A stretch of DNA of 39,062 nt from Scrofimicrobium sp. Its GTDB lineage: Bacteria; Actinomycetota; Actinomycetes; Actinomycetales; Actinomycetaceae. The DNA lies in contig DAIOFF010000001.1 in assembly GCA_036745855.1 (NCBI GenBank), positions 1-39,062 of the forward strand. The letters run 5' to 3'. The notes under the pieces are model-generated. The model was given only the letters and a program-made list of their open reading frames with translations, ran no database searches and was not told the DNA's origin. The position numbers and the translations under genes were made by a program. Shown here piece after piece: positions 28,145-37,345 of the stretch. How positions within the stretch are numbered: position 1 is the stretch's first letter; every line of letters starts with the position of its first letter.

Positions 28145-29124
28145 GATTCGCATTGAACCGCACTGCCTTCTACATTTTCACCGCGTGGGCAGCAATCACA
28201 ATCAACTTCTTCCTTCCGCGAATGCTAAAGGGCGACCCTGTTTCTGCATACATGCAGAAGAATCAGGGGAAGATCACACCTGACGCGGCAAATGCCCTTA
28301 GGACGCTTTTTGGTCTAGATGATGGGAAGAACCTCTGGGAACAATACTTGGACTACTGGAAACTACTGTTTTCTGGCGACCTTGGTAGATCATTTTCTAA
28401 AGGACTTGCACCTGTCGGGGAAGTAATCATTCAAGCTTTACCTTGGACAGTTGGGTTGGTTGGTATTGCCACCATTATTTCGTTTGCGCTAGGCACCATG
28501 CTTGGCGCAATCATCGGGTGGAATCGCGGATCAAAGTCAGAGATTATTGTTCCTATTGCTCAGTTCTTCTCTACTGTTCCATATTTCTGGATGGGGCTAA
28601 TCGCCATAGCCGTATTTTCTACTGGCCTTGGCTGGTTCCCAGCTTCACACGCATACAACAAAGGTTCTATCCCAGAGTTGTCCATCCAGTTCATTGGTGA
28701 AGTTATTCATCACGGTTTGCTGCCTGCCATCACAATCGTGGTTTCTTCACTTGGCGGCTGGGTTCTTGGAATGCGCAACATGATGGTCACTGTGCTTGAT
28801 GAAGACTATGTGATGGTTGCACAAGCAAAAGGGCTAAAACCTAGGCGCGTCCTTTGGACGTATGCGGCGCGAAATGCGGTACTCCCCCAGTTTTCTTCAT
28901 TTGCTTTGTCCCTTGGCTTCATCGTTAGCGGCACACTTGTAATGGAACTTGTCTTTTCATATCCAGGTGTTGGAAAACTTCTATTGGATGCCACAAATGC
29001 CAAAGATTACCCATTGATGCAAGGAATATTCCTAATCATTACCCTCACGGTGTTGGCAGCGAATATCTTTGCTGACATTGTCTATGTCTGGCTAGACCCG
29101 CGCGCGCGGTCATTGGAGTCGTGA
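28141..29124 (+). CDS. ABC transporter permease, OppB/DppB-like
   Basis: INFFLPRM, GDLGRS, EDYVMVAQAKGL, FSYPGVG, DYPLMQG, LDPR. Confidence 0.92.
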   Translation: MRFALNRTAFYIFTAWAAITINFFLPRMLKGDPVSAYMQKNQGKITPDAANALRTLFGLDDGKNLWEQYLDYWKLLFSGDLGRSFSKGLAPVGEVIIQALPWTVGLVGIATIISFALGTMLGAIIGWNRGSKSEIIVPIAQFFSTVPYFWMGLIAIAVFSTGLGWFPASHAYNKGSIPELSIQFIGEVIHHGLLPAITIVVSSLGGWVLGMRNMMVTVLDEDYVMVAQAKGLKPRRVLWTYAARNAVLPQFSSFALSLGFIVSGTLVMELVFSYPGVGKLLLDATNAKDYPLMQGIFLIITLTVLAANIFADIVYVWLDPRARSLES

Positions 29125-30116
29125 TCAAAATGGCTAAGCAAAAAACGAAGTCGACCCCAGCAATAATTGCCATGTTTGCGAATGGCAAGTCTTTGACTGG
29201 GCTCATAATATTAGCTTTTTTCGCGCTTGTGGCAATATTTGGCGATTTTATTGCCCCTTACGGTCCGCTAGATAAAGACTATAACTCCCTCAAGCAACCT
29301 CCATCATCCGAGCATTGGATGGGTACTACTCATATGGGCGAGGACGTGTTTAGCCAACTGATTTATGGCACCCGCGGCGTCCTTATAGTTGGTTTCACCG
29401 CTGGCGTTATTGCCACCTTGGTCGCAATCATCGTGGGTGTTTCAGCCGGTTATTTGAGCGGCTGGAAATCTGAAATCTTATCAGCAGTGACTAACGTTTT
29501 CCTTATCATTCCGGGTCTCCCTTTGATGATAATTGTGGCTTCTCAATTCACGAACCCAAGTTTGTTCCTAATTGCTGGGGTACTGGCAATCACTGGCTGG
29601 GCGTGGGGTGCTAGAGTTTTGCGATCCCAAACGATGTCTCTTCGTAACCGTGATTTTGTGAAGGCCGCCAAAGCGAACGGAGAGTCCATTCGCCGTGTGA
29701 TCTCTGTTGAGATGCTTCCAAACCTGTTGGCGGTCATTGCTTCATCATTCGTTGGAACTGTGACGGCCGCGGTCCTTAGCCTAACAACTTTAGCGTTTAT
29801 TGGTGTCATTCCAATTACAAACCTAAACTGGGGCACCATTTTGTTTTGGGCTCAACAAAATGGAGCTTTCCCGAACTTTTGGTGGTGGTATATTCCAGCT
29901 GGTTTACTTATCGCAATTCTTGGAATGGCACTTTCATTAGTGAATTTTGGTATTGATGAGTATGTGAATCCCCGTTTGCGTTCCGCAGGTGAGCAGGCCC
30001 GCGCAAAGAAACGCAAAGAAAGAGCTGCGAAGAAAGCCTTGCGGCGTACCAGCAAGTCTGATGATCTTGCGACCATTACAAACAGCAGTGACAACAGCGA
30101 AACGAAAGACAGGTAA
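29121..30116 (+). CDS. ABC transporter permease, OppC/DppC-like
   Basis: PPSSEHWMGT, DVFSQLIYG, DFVKAAKANGES, WGTIL, WWWYIPAG, VNPRLR; basic C-terminal tail; start may be ATG 29130. Confidence 0.92.
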   Translation: MIKMAKQKTKSTPAIIAMFANGKSLTGLIILAFFALVAIFGDFIAPYGPLDKDYNSLKQPPSSEHWMGTTHMGEDVFSQLIYGTRGVLIVGFTAGVIATLVAIIVGVSAGYLSGWKSEILSAVTNVFLIIPGLPLMIIVASQFTNPSLFLIAGVLAITGWAWGARVLRSQTMSLRNRDFVKAAKANGESIRRVISVEMLPNLLAVIASSFVGTVTAAVLSLTTLAFIGVIPITNLNWGTILFWAQQNGAFPNFWWWYIPAGLLIAILGMALSLVNFGIDEYVNPRLRSAGEQARAKKRKERAAKKALRRTSKSDDLATITNSSDNSETKDR

Positions 30117-32377
30117 TGTCCGATTATTCCACAACAGTTCCGTATAAGAATGCTACTTTGACCATTTCAGAGCGAGTTTTGGACCTCATAAGTCGCATGA
30201 CGAAAGAGGAAAAAGTCGGTCAAATGCTGCAGCTTGATGCACGCGAAGACATCACGGAGATTGTTAATGGGTATAACGCGGGCTCAATCCTGCACGCCTC
30301 GCCAAGCACTGTCAGGCGGGCGCAGGAACTCATAAAGAAAACTAGGCTTCAGATTCCGCTCCTTGTAGCCGATGATCTAATCCACGGATATTCATTCTGG
30401 GAAGGGGCGACTATTTTCCCCACTCAGCTTGGAATGTCGGCCACGTGGAACCCCAGTTTGATCGAGAAAGCTGCGCGCATTACCGCGATTGAGGCCACAA
30501 AAACGGGAATGCATTGGACGTTTTCCCCTGTCCTGGATGTGGCACGCGACCTGCGGTGGGGCCGCATTGATGAGACTTTTGGTGAGGACACGTTCCTCAT
30601 TGGTGAACTAGCTAGCGCCATGGTGCGCGGCTACCAGGGCGCGGGCCTTTCTGATCCCAGCGCCCTGATGGCAACCGCTAAGCATTTCGCAGGCTATAGC
30701 GAAACCCAAGGTGGGCGTGATGCCAGCGAAGCTGATATTTCGCACCGCAAACTGCGCTCCTGGTTCTTACCTCCCTACCAGCGCCTTGCAGCTGAAGGCG
30801 TGGGCACATTCATGCTTGGATATCAAACCACAGATGGCGTGCCAATCACGATCAACGATTGGCTGTTGACCGATGTTTTGCGGGGCGAATGGGGATACCG
30901 CGGCATTTTGGTTACCGACTGGGACAACGTGGGGCGCATGGTTTGGGAGCAAAAGGTTCAACCCGACTACAAGCATGCGGCCGCTGCTGCCATAAAAGCT
31001 GGCAATGACATGATTATGACCACGCCAGGGTTTTATCGGGGGGCACTTGAGGCTCTTGAAGAGGCGCTGGTAACTGAGTCCGAAGTTGACAAGGCAGTTG
31101 GCCATATTTTGGCGCTGAAGTTCAAGCTTGGGTTGTTCGAAAATCCGCGTGAGCCGGAAGCGTTTGCTGGCCAGGTACATCCTGCCATTGGAAACCGTGA
31201 GCATCAGAGCACGAACTTGCAGATTACGCGCGAAAGTGTGGTTTTGCTTGAAAATAATGGTGTACTTCCGCTGCAAACAAGTACCACACCAAAGCGGGTT
31301 GCGGTGGTGGGCCCGCTGGCAGATGATGCGCAAACACAGTTGGGCGATTGGGCTGGGAGCTCTGGGCAGATAGATTGGATGCCGGGTGGGCACCCTCGCG
31401 ATTCGATTATTACGGTTGTTGATGGCCTTCGCACTGAGGTCCCAAAGGGCTGGGATGTTTCTTTTTCTGAGGGCGCGCGTATTTGCCGAATGGAGCCGCA
31501 CCCAGATGGTCCCACATACCCTGATGGGCAGCCGCGCTGGCCAATCGTGGTGGCTGAAGAGCCTGATCCGGTTTTGATTGACGAGGCGGTGCGGGCCGCG
31601 AAGGACGCAGACTACGTGGTGGCCGTCGTTGGCGACAGGATTGAGCTGGTTGGTGAGGCACGCTCTACTGCAACCCTTGAGCTGGTGGGCGGGCAAATCG
31701 CATTGCTTGATGCCCTCGAAAAAACTGGTAAGCCGATGATTGTTGTCCTGTTGGCGTCTAAGCCTCTAGTTTTGCCAAGGTCGGCCCGCAATGCTGCGGC
31801 GCTCCTTTGGGTAGCTAATCCGGGTCAGCAGGGCGGGCGTGCGATTGCAGAAATCGTGATGGGGAAGGTTTCTCCTGTTGGCCGCTTGGCAGTGAGTTTC
31901 CCGGAGCACGTGGGCCAGCAGCCCACGTACTACAACCAGATTCGCGGCCAGCATGGTAATAGGTACGCGGACCTAACCCAGGAACCGGCATATGTTTTTG
32001 GCGAGGGCAAACAGTTTACTTCCGTGGAATATGAAAGTGCCAGGCTTTTGAACTCTGACCTAGGCATGTCCGATACCGTTATTGCTGAGGTCACTGTTAG
32101 GAATACGGGCAACTGGTCTACAACTGAGATAGTCCAGTGCTACGTCCGCGACGTTATCACTTCAGTTTCTTGGGCTGACAAGGAACTGAAGGGATACGCG
32201 CGCGTCGAGCTTGCCCCTGGGGAAACCAAAACCGCTGAAATCAAAGTCCCAGTCAAGGACTGCACCATCGTCAACTCACGCGAACAACGCGTTGTTGAGC
32301 CAGGAGACTTTCAGCTGTTAGTTGGCCCATCTTCAAGGGATAAAGATTTGATTACCCTGCCATTTCGCGTCCACTAA
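30116..32377 (+). CDS. Glycoside hydrolase family 3 (beta-glucosidase/xylosidase), cytoplasmic
   Basis: MTKEEKVGQM, TIFP, RDLRWGR, ETFGED, KHFAGY, nucleophile motif VTDW, VLLEN, C-terminal FnIII-like region (ELKGY, VGPSS); no signal peptide. Confidence 0.94.
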   Translation: MSDYSTTVPYKNATLTISERVLDLISRMTKEEKVGQMLQLDAREDITEIVNGYNAGSILHASPSTVRRAQELIKKTRLQIPLLVADDLIHGYSFWEGATIFPTQLGMSATWNPSLIEKAARITAIEATKTGMHWTFSPVLDVARDLRWGRIDETFGEDTFLIGELASAMVRGYQGAGLSDPSALMATAKHFAGYSETQGGRDASEADISHRKLRSWFLPPYQRLAAEGVGTFMLGYQTTDGVPITINDWLLTDVLRGEWGYRGILVTDWDNVGRMVWEQKVQPDYKHAAAAAIKAGNDMIMTTPGFYRGALEALEEALVTESEVDKAVGHILALKFKLGLFENPREPEAFAGQVHPAIGNREHQSTNLQITRESVVLLENNGVLPLQTSTTPKRVAVVGPLADDAQTQLGDWAGSSGQIDWMPGGHPRDSIITVVDGLRTEVPKGWDVSFSEGARICRMEPHPDGPTYPDGQPRWPIVVAEEPDPVLIDEAVRAAKDADYVVAVVGDRIELVGEARSTATLELVGGQIALLDALEKTGKPMIVVLLASKPLVLPRSARNAAALLWVANPGQQGGRAIAEIVMGKVSPVGRLAVSFPEHVGQQPTYYNQIRGQHGNRYADLTQEPAYVFGEGKQFTSVEYESARLLNSDLGMSDTVIAEVTVRNTGNWSTTEIVQCYVRDVITSVSWADKELKGYARVELAPGETKTAEIKVPVKDCTIVNSREQRVVEPGDFQLLVGPSSRDKDLITLPFRVH

Positions 32378-32387
32378 ATGCCGCTGA

Positions 32388-34088
32388 CTATTGCATCGCT
32401 TTTGCTAATACGTCAATAATCAGTGACACCGAAACTGCGCCTGGGTCTGGCGTTCCTAAAGATTTTCCTCCCAGCGGCCGGGCTCGCCCAACTTTGGCAA
32501 CCATGTCTTTGGTCCGTGAAGCGCCTTCTTGCGCTGCTTTCGCGGCTTCTTCCCATCGCTTGGGCAGTGCCGTATCAGATTTTTCTAGGACGTTCGCGGC
32601 TGGAACAAGCGCGTCCAGCATGGTTTTGTCACCAACTTTGGCTCCACCAAGGCGCTCAACTGCATCTGCTGCAGCCACCACACCCCGAATAATCTTTTCG
32701 TCGTCAATGTCGGCTTCATCGCCTAGTTCAGCTCCAAATGCTGTAAGGATTGCACCCCACAAAGCCCCCGAAGTTCCACCAGCTGATTCTGACCAAGATT
32801 CGCCAGCGCCAACCAAGGTTGTCTTCGCGCCAGCCCCGCCGCTAACTAGAACCTGCGCAGCATTCACTGCTGCTGCCGCGCCCCGCGCCATCCCTATTCC
32901 ATGATCGCCATCGCCAGCAACAGCATCATAGTTGCCCAGTTGAACCTCATTTTGATCAAGAACCCGTTTGATCTCTTCTAAACATTTGAGAGCCGATTTT
33001 GCCCATTTTTGTGACTCAGGTGAGCCTGGCTGCTGAACCGTCACCGCCTCAGGAGCGGTTGGTAAAACTCGATCATCTGTGGCCGGACGCTTCATGGCAC
33101 CACGCCGATATGCCGGGGTGTCACATGGCGCATTCCACAAGCTCTCTAACTCATCTGTCAACCAAACTAGCGTCAGGGAGACGCCAGCCATGTCAAGGGA
33201 AGTAACAAACTCACCAACATCTGATGACGCAATTTCTATTCCAGCATTCTTCAGCCGGGCAGCCACCTCACGGTAAACAACAAAGAGTTCCTCATACTTA
33301 GTTGAACCCAACCCATTTAGAAGGGCAACAACCCGTGTCCCCGCATCATCGGGTTTATCTGCAAGCAAGCCATCAACCAACTTATCTGCAACTTGATCCG
33401 CAGTCCCAATTGGCGCATCGTCAACGCCAGGCTCACCATGGATTCCAAGACCAATCCCCATTGTGCCGGGTTCAAGCGTAAACAAAGGCTCACTGGCCCC
33501 AGGCAAAGTGCACCCCGAAAATGCCACGCCGAAACTACGGGTCCGCCGGTTCGCCTCAGCAAAAACTTTCTCTACTTCATCAATCGACATTCCAGCCTCA
33601 CATGCTGCTGCCGTGATCTTGAATACTGGCAGGTCCCCAGCAATACCACGCCTAGATAGGTAGTCATTTGCTGGTCCTGACGCAATGTCGTCAGTGACCC
33701 GCAAAAGCCTGGCATCTATGCCCTCAGATTCCAACCGCTTTGCGGCCTGCCCAAAATGCAGGACATCCCCCGCATAGTTTCCAAATCCAATGAGCACGCC
33801 ACCACCACAGTCAGCCGCCTTACAGACCGAGTACGCCTGCGCCGCCGATGGCGATGAGAAAATGTTCCCAGCAACCGCACCGTGCGCGAACCCTGGCCCA
33901 ACCCAGCCAGCAAATGCTGGGTAATGACCTGAACCGCCACCAACAACCAAAGCCACTTTCCCCGGCTCCATCACGGTTCGACGCACAACTCCCCCATACA
34001 CTGGTTTAACCCATTCGGAGAACGCCTCAGTAAACCCTTCCAATGCCTCTGCAGGAAAATCATCTGGATTATTCACAAGCCTTGTCAT
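32388..34088 (-). CDS. DhaK-DhaL fusion kinase (dihydroxyacetone / erythrulose kinase family)
   Basis: GGGSGHYPAF, NYAGD, RRGIAG, GIHGEPG, NGLGSTKYEE, TSLDMAG; DhaL half GDGDHG, GDKTMLDAL, GRA, DPGA. Confidence 0.92.
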   Translation of the reverse strand: MTRLVNNPDDFPAEALEGFTEAFSEWVKPVYGGVVRRTVMEPGKVALVVGGGSGHYPAFAGWVGPGFAHGAVAGNIFSSPSAAQAYSVCKAADCGGGVLIGFGNYAGDVLHFGQAAKRLESEGIDARLLRVTDDIASGPANDYLSRRGIAGDLPVFKITAAACEAGMSIDEVEKVFAEANRRTRSFGVAFSGCTLPGASEPLFTLEPGTMGIGLGIHGEPGVDDAPIGTADQVADKLVDGLLADKPDDAGTRVVALLNGLGSTKYEELFVVYREVAARLKNAGIEIASSDVGEFVTSLDMAGVSLTLVWLTDELESLWNAPCDTPAYRRGAMKRPATDDRVLPTAPEAVTVQQPGSPESQKWAKSALKCLEEIKRVLDQNEVQLGNYDAVAGDGDHGIGMARGAAAAVNAAQVLVSGGAGAKTTLVGAGESWSESAGGTSGALWGAILTAFGAELGDEADIDDEKIIRGVVAAADAVERLGGAKVGDKTMLDALVPAANVLEKSDTALPKRWEEAAKAAQEGASRTKDMVAKVGRARPLGGKSLGTPDPGAVSVSLIIDVLAKAMQ

Positions 34089-34183
34089 TTTCTGACTCCT
34101 TCATCAGACCAAGCACATTCATCTGTGCATGCCAGTCCCGCCAGCCTTTGCAGGCCAACCGGGTAATTCTCACGTTTCACATG

Positions 34184-34198
34184 TATTGTGTGACAATA
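34184..34198. promoter_or_regulatory. Palindrome TATTGT-N3-ACAATA in the divergent kinase/dehydrogenase intergenic region (candidate DeoR operator)
   Basis: Perfect 6-bp arms at 34184-34189 and 34193-34198, centred between divergent genes of a cluster that encodes a DeoR regulator. Confidence 0.4.
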
Positions 34199-34276
34199 AC
34201 ACAGATCGCCTGGTTTGTGCATCCGTCTTCCCAAGTCAGCTGACAGCATCACACAGGCACACTATGATCAAAAGTC

Positions 34277-35362
34277 ATGAGCAACCAAGGGCAAAACAGG
34301 GTAATGGCAGCGGTGCTACAAAGCCCCAGAATTCTGGAACTAGAAGAGCGTCCCATTCCCACGCCTGGGCCAGGCGAAATACTATTACGCATTGAAGCCA
34401 ACACGCTGTGCGGAACCGACGGCCGCATCTTCACAGGCGAAAAGACTGCTCTGGTCAGACCAGGAGTCGTCCCAGGGCACGAGTTTGGTGGACGCATAGC
34501 CGCGATTGGCGAGTCAGTCACGGGTTTTACAGTCGGAAGACAAGCTACCGTGTCCATTGTGCTCTCATGCGGACACTGCTTTGAATGCTTGGATAACCGA
34601 GAGCACCTTTGTGAGAACCTGGAACTTTTTGGATACGGAGTTGATGGCGGCCTCCAGGAATACTGCCTGGTGCCAGCGCGCGCAGTAGCCAGAGGAAATG
34701 TTATCCAAACAAATGGCGAGTTACCGCCCAAAGCCCTAGCACTTGCCGAACCCGTCTCATGTTGCCTGCATGGCCTAAACCAATACCAAGTTCATTTGGG
34801 TGACACCGTTGTTATCCTTGGGGCTGGACCAATCGGGCTTATTCATACCCAACTAGCAAAAGCCGCGGGTGCCAAAAACATTATCGTCACAAATCGCTCA
34901 CCTCACAGGCGTGAAATCGCACTTTCAATCGGCGCAACGCACGCAATAGACCCGGCATCAAAGTCCTTAGAACAAACAGTCAAAGACTTAACAAACGGGC
35001 GCGGCGCTGACGCAGCCGTTGTCTGCATTGGGGTACCCGAACTAGCTGACACGGCCCTAAACTTAGTGCGCAATGGTGGGCGAGTAAACTTCTTTGCCGG
35101 ATTCCCCAAAAACAGTACGTCAATAATGGAACCAAACATTATTCACTATAAAGAACTGACAGTCACAGGTGGATCAAATGCCACCCGAAAAGACGTGCAG
35201 AAAGCCGTCGAACTCCTTCAGGCAGGGGCAATCAATGCCGACGCCATAGTCACACACACCTTCCCCTTATCCGAAGTTCACAAAGCATATGAGGCAATGA
35301 TGAATCGGGTTGGTGTCAAAATAGCAGTGATCCCAGACGCCCTATTTTCAAATACACCGTAG
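34277..35362 (+). CDS. Zinc-dependent polyol/sugar-alcohol dehydrogenase (MDR family)
   Basis: CGTD, GHEFGG, structural Zn motif CGHCFEC-x7-C, LAEPVSC, GAGPIG; TATGAT 8 nt before the ATG and no SD. Confidence 0.92.
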   Translation: MSNQGQNRVMAAVLQSPRILELEERPIPTPGPGEILLRIEANTLCGTDGRIFTGEKTALVRPGVVPGHEFGGRIAAIGESVTGFTVGRQATVSIVLSCGHCFECLDNREHLCENLELFGYGVDGGLQEYCLVPARAVARGNVIQTNGELPPKALALAEPVSCCLHGLNQYQVHLGDTVVILGAGPIGLIHTQLAKAAGAKNIIVTNRSPHRREIALSIGATHAIDPASKSLEQTVKDLTNGRGADAAVVCIGVPELADTALNLVRNGGRVNFFAGFPKNSTSIMEPNIIHYKELTVTGGSNATRKDVQKAVELLQAGAINADAIVTHTFPLSEVHKAYEAMMNRVGVKIAVIPDALFSNTP

Positions 35363-36184
35363 TTACTGGTCAACAATAACGACTTCAACAGCGCTCGATT
35401 TTAGTTCTTCCAATACTTCCGAAGAAACTAAAGAATCCGTGATGACCACATCAAAAACATCAAGAGAGTCCACGCGGTGAAGGGCTGTACGGGAAAACTT
35501 CGAGTGATCAACAACCAAGATTCTATGTTCAGCTGCCTCAAGCATGGCGCGTTTGACCTCTGCAACCATGACATCTGGGTGAAAACAGTAGCCATCCCTC
35601 ACCGCAGAAGAAGACATTATGCAAAGATCCGCACGCATTGAGCGAATAGTTTGCACAGCCAAAGGTCCAAAATAGGCATCCGCCCAATCAATATAATCTC
35701 CACCCGTCGACACTAATCGAAGTTCCGACTCTTTTACTACCTTTTTGGCAATGAACCGGGCGTTAGTTATTACCGTCAATGGAGACAACTGCGCTAAATC
35801 AGGAAACAAATGAAGATTAGTAGTCGAATCATCAAGAAAAAGAGAATTACCCCGGTGAACTTTGGCTAAAGCCGCTTCTGCTAACTTCCGTTTCAAATCC
35901 ACATTGGCATGTATTCGCAACCTGGCAGAAGACTCAACCAAAGTGGAAGCCGCAGCCGATACTTCCCCATGGTTACGAACCACCAAAGAATCAGCCTCAA
36001 GATCTGCAATATCGCGGTATATGGTCATTGCCGAAACGCCAAACTGTTCCGTCAGCTCCTCAACAGTAGAGGGCGAATGGGCAAGCAAATATTCAAGTAT
36101 TGCCCCCATTCTTTTCTCACGCTTACGTGGCTGAAAAGTACTGACACCCTCTACGGCCTCGACAACCTCATCAAGATCCGACAC
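35363..36184 (-). CDS. DeoR/GlpR family transcriptional regulator
   Basis: HTH VEELTEQFGVSAMTIYRDIADLE; sensor domain FLDDSTT, VITNA, VDHSKF; GTG 36184 with SD GGAGG. Confidence 0.93.
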   Translation of the reverse strand: MSDLDEVVEAVEGVSTFQPRKREKRMGAILEYLLAHSPSTVEELTEQFGVSAMTIYRDIADLEADSLVVRNHGEVSAAASTLVESSARLRIHANVDLKRKLAEAALAKVHRGNSLFLDDSTTNLHLFPDLAQLSPLTVITNARFIAKKVVKESELRLVSTGGDYIDWADAYFGPLAVQTIRSMRADLCIMSSSAVRDGYCFHPDVMVAEVKRAMLEAAEHRILVVDHSKFSRTALHRVDSLDVFDVVITDSLVSSEVLEELKSSAVEVVIVDQ

Positions 36185-36258
36185 AAATATCCTCCATTTC
36201 AACCATTGCGCATTGAGGGGCACTGAAACCATTCCAGTGCCCCCAAGCGTCCGCACTA

Positions 36259-37314
36259 TCACGCAACAGCAGGCAAAGCCGCCTTCGAAATCACGCAGCG
36301 AACGTCAGATTCACTGCCTTCAAGGATACTGTTGATAGCATTCAAAAGCGGAAGCTTCCCGGTCAGTGTCCCCTGCCCGTCATCAAGCTGAGAAACCAAC
36401 TTCCGCGCCAAACCTGCCGCCGGAACACCCTCAACCGTTTGTTCTAAACGGCTCATTTCACCAAGTGCCTCCGTCGGATCTTCACCCCGCCCAAGACGCA
36501 CTCCATAAACCTTGTTACGACCAGAAAGCCCCGTGACCTCAAGGTCACCAACACCAGGAAGCCCAAATGCGGTCTCAGGTTTCGCACCCATCCGCTCACC
36601 AAGAATCGACATTTCCTTCACGGCCTGGGCAAATGCTGCGGCTTTTAGGTTGTGGTGGGGTTCACCGGTTGCCTCACCCAAACCGTCAGCAATACCGAGC
36701 GCAATCGCGTACACGTTCTTCATGGGTGCACAAATCTCAACACCCACTTCGTCATCCGTTGCCGCAATCGCATACTCAGAAGTGCTTGCTGCGCGGGCGT
36801 ACTCCAGCGCAACATTCCCATCAAGGCACCCGAAAATCGTGGCGGTCGGAAACGCAGCCGCACATTCATTTGCCTTGACAGGACCCGCAATAGCGACGAT
36901 TGGCGGAACCGTCTTCCCCTCCGCTTCCGCAATAGAACGAATAGCTGTTGGTAACAAATGAATGTCACCCTTTTCGTCCTCGTAAAACCCCTTCGAAGTA
37001 AGCCAAAGAGCCTTTGCGCGGCTAATACCATCCAAAGCAAGCTTGGTTACGCCCGGAACACCAACGGAAGCCACAGCCATGATGACAACCTCAGCGCCAT
37101 CCAAGGCCGCATCAAGTTGCCCAGATCGGAACGTTTGCACGCCTTTAGCGAACTTTGCGCCTGTTCGAGGATGTACCTCACCTGCCTCAATAGCATCAAG
37201 CAAGTGATCGTCAAGCCAAGTTCCCCACAGGCGTACCTGCCAACCTGCACGCGCAAGCGGCGTGCAAATTGCGGAACCCATAGCCCCGGCCCCCAAAACA
37301 GTTATGACTCTCAT
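36259..37314 (-). CDS. NAD(P)-dependent glycerol-3-phosphate dehydrogenase-like protein (GpsA family, divergent)
   Basis: GAGAMGSA, SKG, KNVYAIA-x-G, GVGDL, GRN, TVEG; atypical AGPVKANE and WGTWLD; ATG 37314 after AGAGGAAG. Confidence 0.85.
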   Translation of the reverse strand: MRVITVLGAGAMGSAICTPLARAGWQVRLWGTWLDDHLLDAIEAGEVHPRTGAKFAKGVQTFRSGQLDAALDGAEVVIMAVASVGVPGVTKLALDGISRAKALWLTSKGFYEDEKGDIHLLPTAIRSIAEAEGKTVPPIVAIAGPVKANECAAAFPTATIFGCLDGNVALEYARAASTSEYAIAATDDEVGVEICAPMKNVYAIALGIADGLGEATGEPHHNLKAAAFAQAVKEMSILGERMGAKPETAFGLPGVGDLEVTGLSGRNKVYGVRLGRGEDPTEALGEMSRLEQTVEGVPAAGLARKLVSQLDDGQGTLTGKLPLLNAINSILEGSESDVRCVISKAALPAVA

Positions 37315-37345
37315 TAGATCTTCCTCTCTAGCGTTTCCTACTACT

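Noticed and set aside
30767..31696. 309-aa minus-strand ORF
   Set aside because: Lies wholly antisense to the GH3 gene, has no motifs, and is a typical shadow ORF.
34177..34203. CRP/GlxR-like TGTGA/TCACA half-sites
   Set aside because: Half-sites are in the wrong order or spacing (TCACA-N7-TGTGA; TGTGA-N5-ACACA) relative to TGTGA-N6-TCACA.
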